From Xylographa opegraphella (taxonomy: Eukaryota): 20,000 bases of DNA. The stretch lies in assembly GCA_022813865.1 (NCBI GenBank), contig JALDZX010000056.1:114148-134147 (forward strand), in the 5' to 3' direction. Under the pieces are notes generated by a model. It did no database searches and was not told where the DNA came from. It worked only from the letters and a program-made list of their open reading frames with translations. Of the stretch, positions 1 to 10,793 are shown piece by piece. Position numbers and translations under genes: made by a program. Numbering within the stretch: the stretch's first letter is position 1; the number at the start of each line of letters is the position of its first letter.

Positions 1-1445
1 CCTCCATCGCCAACACCGTTATACTCCAACTTGACCCGCTTTGCCGGCGAACCCTCCCGCTCCTCCTCTTCTTCCAGAAGTGCACCTTCCGCTGCCGGGG
101 TTGAAAAATTCGTCCCGGGCGCGCTGCCCGAGGACTCGCTCTCATTTTTGATGCGCTTCGCTCCGTTGCCGTTCGCCAAACCGTTCGTGAGTGGGGGCTT
201 TCTTGAATTGGCTGCGCTATACATGCTACTCGAGGGTGTAGCGATGCCGGAAGCGCCGCCAATGCCCACGTCTTCGAACTCGTCATCGTCCTCCTCTTCT
301 GCGGACGTATCACGGTCTTGCTGCGCCTGCGCGGCCTTCTCCTGTGCCATCTGTGCGTAGTAGGCGGCCAGCTCGTCATCGAGGACCGTTGCGTCTTTCT
401 TGACGTCCGGTTCATCCTTCGCATTCAGAGCTCCGGGACGCGCAGACAGGCGCTCGCGCTCTTTGTTGCCGAGCGCTGTGACTTCGCCCGTGACGGTTGA
501 CGCCGTATGCCAGACAGGCAGGGCGTTCTGTGCGGCGACGTCGGCTTTGCGCTGGGCTTCAGCGCGATCGGCAGCCAGGCGTTGGTCTGAGGTTGTAAGG
601 GAGACTTCGAGGGGGGGTACGTAGGTATTTGCTTGACCTTTGGCTGCGGTGCGTGGGCCGCGGTCTGCGCCGACAGGTTCGGTTTTGGGGCGAGGGTTGA
701 TAGACTCGTTGCGGATGATTGGCACGGCGAGGGAGTAGGCAGTGTCGAAGTCATTCTTGGGAATGTTGTGCGCGTCGATCTGTGGCATCAGCTGGAGCAG
801 CTTGTCGAGTTGGGCGTGTAGCTTGCTTTGCCGCTCGTGGCCGGCCACGTCGGCGGCCGAGACGTCATCGCGCTCCAAGACGCCGTTGCAGCGGTGGCAG
901 AGGAATTCACCCATAGGGGAGATACGGTCGAGGACTTCGAGCTGAGTCCATTGCGCTTGGCAGCGGGGGCAGTGGTAATCCTTTTTCTCTTGGCTGGGCT
1001 TGTATAGGTTCTTCACTTTCTCGGTAAGGTGGAAGATGCGGTACTTGATGGCATCAATAGTGGCGTGGAAGTCGATGTAGTAGTAGTCTTTACTGATGGG
1101 GCGCTGTTGACCTTCGCGGGTTTCTTGTCTGGCGTGGCTGTGGGGTTGTGATTAGTATGAGCTGGTGGAACAGTCAGGCGCAAAGATGATGGGTGAGGGC
1201 TTACACTGCCAACAGGCGGTCTTCCTTCAGCTTACCGCACAGCTTACGCAAGTCCTTCTGCTGCATACCCAAGAGGAGCGCGAGGTCTTCGTTAGGCAGC
1301 CTGCGATTACTTCAGCCACGTCCTGAGCAGTGATAGCTGACTCGGCATACGCTGAGTGAACCATTAGAGCATCGATGACCAGCACATGCTTGGTATCGTA
1401 GAAGGCGCGAACAACGCTTCTGATCAGTGTACGCGCGAGATCCAT
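1..1445 (-). CDS. TFA1: Transcription initiation factor TFIIE alpha subunit (3' end outside window); exons 1445-1351, 1300-1205, 1137-<1
   Basis: Spliced translation MDLARTLIRSVVRAFYDTKHVLVIDALMVHSA|LPNEDLALLLGMQQKDLRKLCGKLKEDRLLAV|HARQETREGQQRPISKDYYYIDF...; zinc ribbon YHCPRC...FLCHRC; QNALPVWH motif; acidic EEEDDDEFEDV. Introns 1350-1301 (GTATGC..CAG, 50 nt) and 1204-1138 (GTAAGC..CTAAT..CAG, 67 nt) keep the frame, which stays open to base 1. Confidence 0.95.
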
Positions 1446-1954
1446 ATCTGCAGTGATGAAATCAAAGGGTTTAGTGTACAAGAGTCCAGACGTCGACCTG
1501 GCGCTGCAGTGATACCGTACAATAGAACCCAGGCGCGTTAGGGGACTGGTGCTGCAGGCCCCATTGTTCACTTCTCTGCAGATGTGCTGCTGAGACTGTG
1601 AAGGAGACTTAGATCAATGGATGCAGTCAGTACCTTCTAGTAATCAAAGGTGCAGTGCGCGGGGCTTGACTATCTTTGAAAGCTCCGAGGGGCCAGTCAT
1701 TTAATTCTTTGAAGCTATTGTTCCAGATGGAGGCTAGTTCTTGTTAAGGCTGCTAGCGCCAAGCTCGAACGTTGGCCATTATTGGTAGGTCCACCATACA
1801 ATTGTGATTATTGTCCGAAGTCTTTCGTAAAGTACTGGACACCATGGTGCTTGCTTCAGCCACGCTGTAGAAACAGGAACTGCGCCACCGCATATGCATG
1901 CGATCTATCGGATACCATTTGTGTCATCCGCCACAGCTTCTACCATCCGCAATC

Positions 1955-2145
1955 ATGTCAGGCGCCGAAGTCCTTGCAGTCATCAGCATCGTCCCTGCCA
2001 TTTGCTCTGTGTCGTTTACCAAGATGAGAATGTGCTTATTTCCCTGTTGGGACCTGGCTCCATCGTAGCAGCGGAAGTCTGGTGGCTATGGATGCATTCG
2101 ATTCATCGGACGCTATTGTTACACATTCGAAAGCGTCGTTGAAAG
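1955..2145 (+). pseudogene. Degraded relic of a fungal HeLo-like/SesA-type N-terminal domain gene
   Basis: ATG 1955 (context CAATCATG) opens MSGAEVLAVISIVPAICSVSFTKMRMCLFPCWDLAPS* (TAG 2066-2068). MSGAE plus a hydrophobic helix is typical of this class. Plausible continuation sits in other frames (VYQDENVLI..GPGSIVAAE, then AFDSSDAIVTHS), implying frameshifts. Family call is from motif recall only. Confidence 0.45.
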
Positions 2146-2456
2146 GGGGGTTGACGAGTGAGGAAGAAGTGATCCGGTGCCAGTATTTAACGAGGACTAT
2201 CAAACTCTTGTGCAGGTTGTCAGTAGAGACCCCAAGCCACAGTCGAAGCCAGGGAAAGGTTAACGGGATAACATACAATTCGTGCCGTGGGGACGTTAAA
2301 GAATGTTATAATCAACTTCCAATGCAAGCCGTTGTTCACCAATATACACATTTTGATCTGTTTAATACAGTATGTTATATATTTGTTTACTCGAGTGCTC
2401 TCAAGCAATGTTTTCCAGCCATCACCCAGAGAATTAGATCCGCAGTAAATTCTGCG

Positions 2457-4614
2457 TCACCCATCCTCCGGCTCGCCCTCCTCGTCCTCGGATTCTCCCT
2501 CCACTACTACGTCTTTCCTCCCCTTTACCCTAGCCAGCCCCGCGTCCCCATCATCCTCACATGCGGCCATACCCTTTGACGACAGGTACAGTAGCTGCGT
2601 GCTCTTCAGATTATCGATATTCGAGAACATGACGTGGAAACTAATCTCGTCAGTCACGTTTTCTCTTCCAATAGCCGTAAGCCGCCTAACAAGTAAAGAA
2701 AGATGGAACGTAGCGAAGCAAAGCAAAGCAATAAGAAACGAAAATGACTACTCACGTCCGGTCCCTCTCCTCCTCCCTCCACACCCGCTCATAAATCTCC
2801 CTCTGCTTGAACTCCCCCATCACATCCTCCCACCCTGCAAATCCCACCTCCGCCCTGCCCTCACCCACCCCTTTGACATTGTAGCTCGCAAACACCGGCC
2901 TCTCCAACAACAGTCCCAGCCCAGGCGCTTTCGGAACTACCATCTTCGCCGGTCCGTAGCTGTCCAGGACGCGGCCCTCTGGACACCCGCTGCGCACCAC
3001 CAGCGCCGCCATACTGACCATCTTACGGATTTGATGCATCATGAAGCTCTGCCCGTGGACGGTGAGCGAGAGCCATTCGGTGTCGTTGATGATGATCGGG
3101 GCGGTGGCTAGCGTGAACGATTTGATAATTCGTTTCGCGGATGGGTCGCGCGGTGTCTTGCCGATCGTGTAGTTGTGGAAGGCGTGAGTGCCGTTGTAGA
3201 GGGCGAGGACTGAGCGGATGCGCGAGAGACGCGTGGCGGGCAGACGATACCTATTCTTGGCAGTGATGAGAGCGTGACGGAGGGTGCGAAGAGCGGTTTC
3301 GATCGCGGAGGGTCGATGGAGCGCGGGATCTTCGACGTCGGATGAGGCGGCGGGCTGTTCGAGGTCGGCTTCGTGAGTTCGAGAGTCTGAGTTTGGGCTC
3401 TGGCTTAACGGCACCGAGGAAGTTCCTTCTGTTGCTCGAGTAGTGGATGGAAGCGCTGGATCGGCCGCTCGTTCTGTCTCGACTGCCTCCGTAGTTTTGG
3501 CTGGACCATTATTCTCGCTCCGGGTTCTGCTATCAAGGCGTAACCCTTCCTCCTCGTCCGCAGGAGTATTATGATAAAGTGCATTGAGCACCAGTGGCCG
3601 GATATATGGATCTAACGTTTCAAGCAAAGGCTTGACATATTTCTCCTCTGTGTCCTCCCAAAACGTAGCAACCTCCTCCTGCCTTTGCCTATAGCCCTCC
3701 AGATCCCCAGCCTCCTCGGCCAATTCAAGCAGCTTCCTACCCAAATAACTCTCCGGATGCGGTGGTAAGAAACAATGACTCGGTATTAAGTACTCATAGA
3801 TTCTCGAGTCACACATCTGGTACGCGCTAAAACTCGAATTCGTCCTCACTATCCCCCAGACCCGGATCTGCGGCGATAGGTTGTCGTTGATCTTCTGGAC
3901 GATATTCGGGTCCTCGATTATCAGTTTCATGGATATCACATTCCCAGCTGCATGGACACCTTTATCAGTCCGGGCACAGCGTACCAGAGCCGATTTCTTA
4001 GGATCATCCGCGTTGGCTTTCGAGACCGCGCCTGCGGCGACGAACGCCTTGAAGAGGTCCCCTTCGATCGTCTTCTCCTTATCATTCCTACCAAACATTA
4101 GATTAGAACCTGATTTTTCCCAGATCACCGGCCAAGAATTACACACAGCTGCATGCCCTTATACCCACTCCCCGAATAGCCAATCATGACCGCAACCTTC
4201 CGCTTCGGGCGCCGCTCCTCGCCCTCGATCTCCTCTTTCGAGAAGTCGACGGCGTAGACAGGCTTCCGCACTGGCGTCCCATCGTCCAACCGCTGGCGTT
4301 TGTCACTTTCCTGCGCTGCATCATTCCGTGCGCGCCGGTCACCTGACTTGCGGCTTTAGTGGTCAGTCTGGAAAACGAAGGGAAGGGAAATCGACATACG
4401 CCCATTCGGAACGACCCACGTCGCGCCTGTTCTTTCGATCACCGCGGCCGCGTGTGGTGCCTCGGCTTTTTGAATGACCTCTCCCTCGCCCTTCCCCCCG
4501 CCCTGGGCTTTCGGATGGCACTGCCAGGCTCGAAGATGATAGCTCTGTGAGAGATGATGGCTGCTCACTTGAGTGGGTATTCGATAATGCGTTTGTAGTA
4601 TTAGGCGCCTCCAT
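2457..4614 (-). CDS. PUS1: tRNA pseudouridine synthase 1 (TruA family), about 645 aa; exons 4614-4400, 4353-4147, 4087-2756, 2640-2457
   Basis: RRPKRKVAVMIGYSGSGYKGMQ, catalytic CARTDKGVHA, YEY, GTHAFHNYT, HGQSFMMHQIRKMV, PKAPGLGLLL. Introns 4399-4354 (46 nt, AAG acceptor), 4146-4088 (59 nt, GTGTGT donor) and 2755-2641 (115 nt, GTGAGT..CTGAC..TAG) give 1938 nt in frame ending in TGA. Confidence 0.95.
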
Positions 4615-6490
4615 AACGGAGTTCTGAAGTTCATCAATATTTTACTCCAAGGGTGAGAATGGTATTTCCAGGCTTTGGGCAGTTGATACTGCAAACAATG
4701 TGAAAATCTAGAGTTCCAGGTGCTCTCCCTCAAAACTCTCTTTGCACCGTCATTTCGAGGTCGTAAGTTCCGGGAGAGTTCTTGATCCAGCAGTATAAAT
4801 TTTCGCGAAACCATTCGTTTGTCATCACCGAAGACCGTCAACAAACCGCGACATTTCCTTGATGGTTCCCTATACCGCGAAACCTGCAAAATGGCTGCAA
4901 AAGTTGCGGGTAAATATCATACCAACACAGTACTGTTGATTTACTATATCATTGAATATCTTTAAAACCCACTCGTAACTTACCATTCTCCAAAGCTACT
5001 CCTTGATGATTCTTCAGGAAAATATTTGCTAAGAATCCATGAGGGATCGAACCCTCTTGAATGCTGCGTACACTTTCTGTTCCTGAGCGTTCTCGTCCTT
5101 GTTTTATAGCTTCGCTTTCGTGGAGTTCGGTTCTCTAATACAGACAGCCGATATCGGGGCAATAGGATGGAGGCTTTTCAGTTTGCCCCAAGGTTCCCCA
5201 ATCCCTCTGTCTCACTCACCGCAATCGTTTTTAATGGCCTTAGTATGGAGGTATCTAATGCTGAACGTTCGCTTGGCTCACCCCGTAACTACATATCAGT
5301 TCACCCAATTTATGTCACTCGTTCGGCTTTCTGGGGAGGCATCTTTCCATTATCGAAAAGCTTCTCTTTCCATCGGTTTTCTTTTTCCATTGCATTGAGC
5401 TCTGCTGCCCTTCTGGCACCTTTGGCCTGTCCGTTGTCTGCTATTGGCCCCATAACGACCCTCGCTTAGTCGTCGGTCTCGTTGCCTGGCGGTATCTTTC
5501 GAGGTGCGACAACTCCGATGTTCTACAATGATGTGAGCATCTCTCGGATATGACCAGCGCGCGTTACCGCCTGGGACCTACCATGTCTGGATTGTCTGCC
5601 CTGCAAACTCTTCCTGTCCTGCTCCTGAATGTTCAGTGATAACACGCCACGTTCTCTTACTTTCCAGTTTCCAGATATGAGTCTACTACAACTCTCACGA
5701 TTGTAGAGGGTGACCGAAGTGGACAGTTCTCGCTGTCCAAAGTCTAGCCCATGGCTACGGTGAAGTTCAAGATATACTCCACAATCTCGGGAATTATCTG
5801 GACGTTGCTTCGCCGTTCAGCCAGATCGTGGCCCACGACTTCAACGTTACCTCTGATCTCATACTTTAAAGAAAATAAACAATATAAATAACCAGCCAGT
5901 CCGGCTTGAGCGACACATGTCCTCAGTAGCATCGACCTTGCCTTGGAGTTCTCGGTTTCAACCACCTTTCATTATCAAGTGTGACAGATGCAAAAGCAGA
6001 GCCAACTGTTAAAGGGGTAGAATAGGTTAAGGTAATTGGTGCTCCCGCCTCCGAACCTCCTTTAACTACTCTTGAATTGGTTCTGAACGTAGTTGAAATG
6101 CTCCGAAGATTGAGATACGAGGGATGGATGAGATATGAAACGAAGAAAACGCATGCTGTACGCAACAAGCGTAATCATCGATTCAAACTCTACCACTGGT
6201 TTGCAGTGTTACAGAGCCTTGGAAACAACTCGAAGAGTTCATTGGTATTATTAACATTATTTCTATCTGCATGTTTAGATCGGTACCCAGGAAACCCATT
6301 CGTAATCCACCACTCCGAAGCGCCACCGCTTCGCAGAAATATGTATCAATATTTACCAAGAATTGAAGTAGCATCGTCGCGGCATGATGCCAGCCAACGG
6401 ACTCTGCTATCCAAGTATCCCGCAACCTCTTTCGTCTCGGTTATGATCTTGAATCCCACCCAACCGATCTCTTACCACTCCTCGAGCACG

Positions 6491-7832
6491 CTATATGAAG
6501 CCTAACACCCATATCAACGCCCCAAGCACGATCCCTGTCCCTCCCGTGCCCACCTCCACCTTCTCGCCCCAGCCCTTACTCGAGCTCAACGGCCCGGTCC
6601 CAGTGCTTGTGGCCGCGCTGCCATCGCCCGTCTCCGCACTCCCGTCGGCGGTCATTGTTGGAGTCTCCGTCACCAGACTGAACAGGATGCTCGTGCTGGT
6701 GGGCAAGTCGGTCGTGAAGGGCAACTTATTCCCAGCGATTGAGCTCCCTGGGACGACCTGGACGGGACCGGCGTTTTCGGGGTTGGCGGCAACACCCGTG
6801 GCGTTTGGGTCAAGGACGGAGTCGATGATGTGCAAGACGCCATTCGAAAGCAGAAGATCCTGCTGGATGATCCGCGCTTGATTGACGAACAGGCTGTTTG
6901 CTATGAAGGTGATGGTCAGGTTGCCGCCTTGCAGACTGGTCAGGGTGGTGGTGTTGTAGACGGAGCCGTTTTGGGCAACGACTCCATTCGGGAGATTGGC
7001 ACTGTAGTAGGCTGTGGTGTTGGTCGGCACAATGTGATATTCGACCAGCGCAGTGAAGTCCTGGACGGTCATGCTAGAAAAGGAAGAGGCAATTGATTGC
7101 AGCGCGTTATTGTTGGGTGCGAAGATGGTAAGATCTTCGGCGACGTCGACATATTGGGTGAGAACAGATGGCGCAGCGATGAAAGCCGCTGGAGCGGATG
7201 TGAGATTGAATGATGGGGAGGAAGTTGTGAGATCGAGAGGTGGGATAAGAAAGGTATCGAGGATGTGAAGTACACCACCATTAAACGTCAGATCCTGAGA
7301 AGGGCCTGTGTGTTAGTGCGCTATGTCTATAGACCCATCACGGGTATCGGAAAGGGTCCAGTCAACTTACTAGCTCTGTGAGCGACGCGCGAGTTCCCAA
7401 GCCACTGACCGCAACGAAGTTGTTCCCTGCTTGCTCGACGACGGAAATGACCTGACCACCTGTGACATTGGTGGTGCTCTGGTTTGTCAGGAGTGTAGGG
7501 AGAAAAGAGAAACTGCCACCGGAGAAAGAGCCCGAGGGATGGACGCCAACCGCAACATGATATCTGATCAACTCGCGCTGGAAGTCAATGTTATAGCTGC
7601 TGAAAGCTGGGGCCAGAACCGTGTAATTGAGTTGAGCGAACGCTGCATTGCCAGGTGCAAAGATGGTGATCTCTGACGCAGAAGAGAGGTTCTTGTATAT
7701 GTTCGGGAAAGCTTTGAGCAGTGATTCGAACTCGGTCAGGTTCGGGTTCCCTTGGATCAGTTGTACAAGGGACTGTTGGGCAAAGGCGCCGACGAACAGT
7801 GAACAGACCCCAAGGGCCCGAAAGAGCTGCAT
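6491..7832 (-). CDS. Fasciclin (FAS1) tandem-domain cell-surface protein, signal peptide and probable GPI anchor, about 421 aa; exons 7832-7371, 7294-6491
   Basis: Hydrophobic leader MQLFRALGVCSLFVGAFA; two FAS1 repeats with H1 (ITIFAPGNAAF / LTIFAPNNNAL), YH (IRYHV / VEYHI) and H2 (GGVLHILDTFL / NGVLHIIDSVL); Ser/Thr-rich stalk and hydrophobic end GIVLGALIWVLGFI. Intron 7370-7295 (GTAAGT..CTAAC..CAG, 76 nt) joins the two track ORFs in frame. Confidence 0.9.
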
Positions 7833-8861
7833 CGTATGTGTTCGGGAGAAACAATCAAAGGTGGATCATATTGAAGTGATGGTCGAGAAATCCCGAGGAC
7901 GATCACGACGGTGTGTGTGCTGAGCCACCGAGTGGATGGTGAAGGTGGTGTTGCATCCATATATTGCATGAATATTTGGGTCTGGCTCGTCTCAATCGGG
8001 GAGTTCCCGCCCGCTAAGCTGTTAGCTGCCTCGTGCTGGGAACGCGCCCCCCAATCACAGCGTGCTGGACGGGTCCCAAGCGCAAACGAGCTATTCTGTC
8101 CCTATTCTTAGCCCCCGTATCTGCACCTGGTCTCACCTGTTCATCCCCGCATCTGCGATAGTGGGGCCTTGTGTGCTGTGGCGTGCATTCTTTTCTGTGC
8201 GCCATTTCCGAGCTGTCCAGTTATTTGTCTTCCAAATTCTGTGAAGCGCAGACACTGAAGAAGGACTAAGGCGCTGAATGATCGATCATCATCAAGTCCT
8301 TTTGCTTCGAGCTTCTTGCGCATCTTATAAGTAGCAGCGCATACACAATTGAGTGCTATATAACTGTAGTAACGTGGAGTCTTGAACGGAACGAGTTGCG
8401 TGCATGGGGATTTGACTGAAAATGGAGTAGACTATCTATGAGTGAGATGAAGAGTGTCTGCTCACAGTATCGCCAGGCCTCATGTGATAGTGATCAGACA
8501 ATAGAGTTGTAAAAATCGCCTGAGAACGGTGTCGGTCGCCCTGTACCCAGTCCTTCCATGGCTGGAGATGTGAACCTCGGCCGCTGGGAAGTACGTAATG
8601 GAGATTATGCAACGCATCTCAATAATGGAGATCAGGAGTGCGGTTGGTCTAAGCATGGCATTCTTTTGAGAAGATGGTTATGTTCATGAAGGCTACTGAC
8701 CTGGACCAGACGCGATCTGTAAGGGGTAAATACGAGCAACTTAAGCGAATTAACAAGGGGAAGCCATCAAAGTGAGGCCTTTGAGCTATTCGATGGTACA
8801 TTTCGCCCTTTCACATATCATTGTCTCGATTGGTATAATCCATATACATTCAGACACGAAA

Positions 8862-10781
8862 CTAGATCAACGCTTGGCCTCTGAACATTCCCTCTCTTAC
8901 TTCCCTCACCACATCCTTGCGGTCGCCCTTCCCTACCAGCACAATCCCTCTCCCTCTCCTGCCCATCCGTCCGGTCCTACCGAGCCGATGGATAAAATCG
9001 ATCGTGGAATGTGGGACATCGTAGAGGATGACGTGCCGTACAGCAACGGTGTCTATACCTCGAGACCCAAGATCCGTGGTGACAAGAACTTTGGTATTGG
9101 AAAGCGGAAGACGTGGTGGCGGAGTGCCCAGCCGGTTTGCTGGAGTGAAGCTGGCGGATGGTTGGGAGGTGGCAAGCGGTGAGGGAGCAGGTGAAGGAGT
9201 GGTGGAAATGGTTGCCGGGGTGCGAGATGTGAAAGAGGCGAGAAGTTCCGATTGACGCTGCTCAGGGGTATCTCTGTTCAGAGAAACGGCGTCAATGCCT
9301 TTGCTCTGCAGATAATCCGCTACCTCTTGAGTCTTCTCACGCTCATTGACGAAGACCAGGATGCGCTTCACATCGATGTTGTCGACTTCCGCGTCTCCTG
9401 CATGAGTCAGAGAGTGTTCCGCAGCAGCTTTACCGATGGTATGAATAGTGTCAGCACAAGCGAGAAGCTTGTTGTTGCGGTAAGGGTCTCGCTCAACGTC
9501 CACAACACCCAATTGGACTCGGCGAGGAATGGCATGAAGATTAGGAGTGACAAGTCGACGGAGTTCGGGAAAGCGTTTGCGTAAGTAAGAGTCGAGAGAA
9601 CGAGGAATAGTGGCGGAGCAAAGAATTAGCTGCTGGAGTGATGGAGTGGCTTTGTCGATAATGGCGGACGTAGTGGGCGCGAAGGAGCGATCCAGCAGAG
9701 AATCAGCTTCGTCGATAACAAGATGGGTCACTCGGGAAAGGATGTTTGGGTCTGATTCGGCGATGCTAGAGAGCAGGTGAGGAGTCGATATCAAAAGGTC
9801 AATACCTGCTGGGGTGAAGAGGCGGTTGCGGATTACACGGCCAGTAGAGGCGGACGATATCTGTGAGGAGCGAAACTTGACCGTATGAGAGAGCGCCTTG
9901 GCTAAAGTGCCAACTTGGGTGACAAGTTCAGAGGTTGGAAGCAAAATGATCGCACGAGGACGACCAGTAGTGGGATGAGGCTGGTTGGTCAAAGCAGGGG
10001 CCTCAGCGTAGTACATATCGGATTTGCTCTTGTCATCCTGCGTAGCTTTATCGAGAGCGTAGTTCTCGGCATCAGCCTCTTCTGCTCGCTTGATTGCATC
10101 AAGTACAGGTAGGAGGTATGCCAAAGTCTTGCCAGAACCGGTCTCGGCGGCAATCAGAAACTGCTCCATGTCCCCAGTGTTCCGTGTAGGCGTTCTTCGC
10201 CGTCTCCCCATCTCTTGCCCCAAAAACGCAGGGATTGCTATACGTTGGATTGGCGTTGGTGAAATTTCTTCTAAGCCCGGAAGTGCTTGCGTCGCTATTG
10301 ATTTTTTAACACTAGGCAGGAACTCAAACGTCTCGAACGTGTCGACTTCCGAAATCCTCTCCTTGACTGAGGTTCGTTGCTTGTAGGAAATCGGACTAAG
10401 TGTCCGTTGCATTTTCAAAGCTTTGAATGTTTCCGCGCTCCCTCGCTCCTCCCTTTTTGGTCTCTCTCTGCCACCTGTTGACCTCTTCAATTCTGCCTGC
10501 GAGCGTTTGTCGGGTGTTCTAGTTATCTGGGCGGATCGCATGTTCATCCCACCAAAGGGGCTATTCATACTCTTCCTAACAGGCTTGCCACTAGGGAGTG
10601 TTCTTTCAACCTGGCGGGACACCTTCGGTGACAGCGCCATCCTCGAGGGAGGCCGGCGGTGCTGGAGTTGCGCCATACATCTTGATGGTGGTGATGCTCG
10701 TAACCTTTGTTTCTGCAGTATAGCCTGAGGCGTACTTCGATATTGGCATAATAGACATATGGACTGCAGAGCACGCGACAT
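8862..10781 (-). CDS. MRH4: Mitochondrial ATP-dependent DEAD-box RNA helicase (mitoribosome large-subunit assembly), intronless, about 639 aa; alternative ATG at 10793
   Basis: Q motif PTPIQ, motif I AETGSGKT, Ia PTSELV, II DEAD, III SAT, V TDLGSRGID, VI HRLGRTGR. Arg/Ser-rich, acid-free N-terminus MSRALQSICLLCQYR looks like a presequence; RRPPSRMALS, PFGGMN and C-terminal FRGQALI fit fungal Mrh4. Confidence 0.9.
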   Translation of the reverse strand: MSRALQSICLLCQYRSTPQAILQKQRLRASPPSRCMAQLQHRRPPSRMALSPKVSRQVERTLPSGKPVRKSMNSPFGGMNMRSAQITRTPDKRSQAELKRSTGGRERPKREERGSAETFKALKMQRTLSPISYKQRTSVKERISEVDTFETFEFLPSVKKSIATQALPGLEEISPTPIQRIAIPAFLGQEMGRRRRTPTRNTGDMEQFLIAAETGSGKTLAYLLPVLDAIKRAEEADAENYALDKATQDDKSKSDMYYAEAPALTNQPHPTTGRPRAIILLPTSELVTQVGTLAKALSHTVKFRSSQISSASTGRVIRNRLFTPAGIDLLISTPHLLSSIAESDPNILSRVTHLVIDEADSLLDRSFAPTTSAIIDKATPSLQQLILCSATIPRSLDSYLRKRFPELRRLVTPNLHAIPRRVQLGVVDVERDPYRNNKLLACADTIHTIGKAAAEHSLTHAGDAEVDNIDVKRILVFVNEREKTQEVADYLQSKGIDAVSLNRDTPEQRQSELLASFTSRTPATISTTPSPAPSPLATSQPSASFTPANRLGTPPPRLPLSNTKVLVTTDLGSRGIDTVAVRHVILYDVPHSTIDFIHRLGRTGRMGRRGRGIVLVGKGDRKDVVREVREGMFRGQALI

Positions 10782-10793
10782 AATAATGACCAT

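Noticed and set aside
31..945. Several plus-strand ORFs and the 425-754 minus ORF
   Set aside because: Antisense or alternate-frame shadows of TFA1 exon 3, whose true frame is missing from the track because it has no stop in the window.
2082..3111. 165-aa and 170-aa plus-strand ORFs as independent genes
   Set aside because: Non-ATG track starts, overlap with the PUS1 3' end in antisense, no family resemblance; only the first residues of the 2082 ORF are used as part of the relic.
3300..3570. Low-complexity acidic/Ser-Thr insert in PUS1 as an intein or intron
   Set aside because: No intein terminal motifs or convincing splice signals; variable inserts here are ordinary in fungal Pus1.
4356..4889. 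177-aa minus ORF as PUS1 N-terminal extension
   Set aside because: Different frame from the exon that splices in frame to PUS1 exon 2; TTG start.
6077..6505. 142-aa plus ORF
   Set aside because: No motif, non-ATG start, lies antisense to the fasciclin 3' flank.
8596..8633. TAATGGAGAT direct repeat with a small imperfect hairpin
   Set aside because: Only two copies of a 10-mer and no supporting context; compatible with chance.
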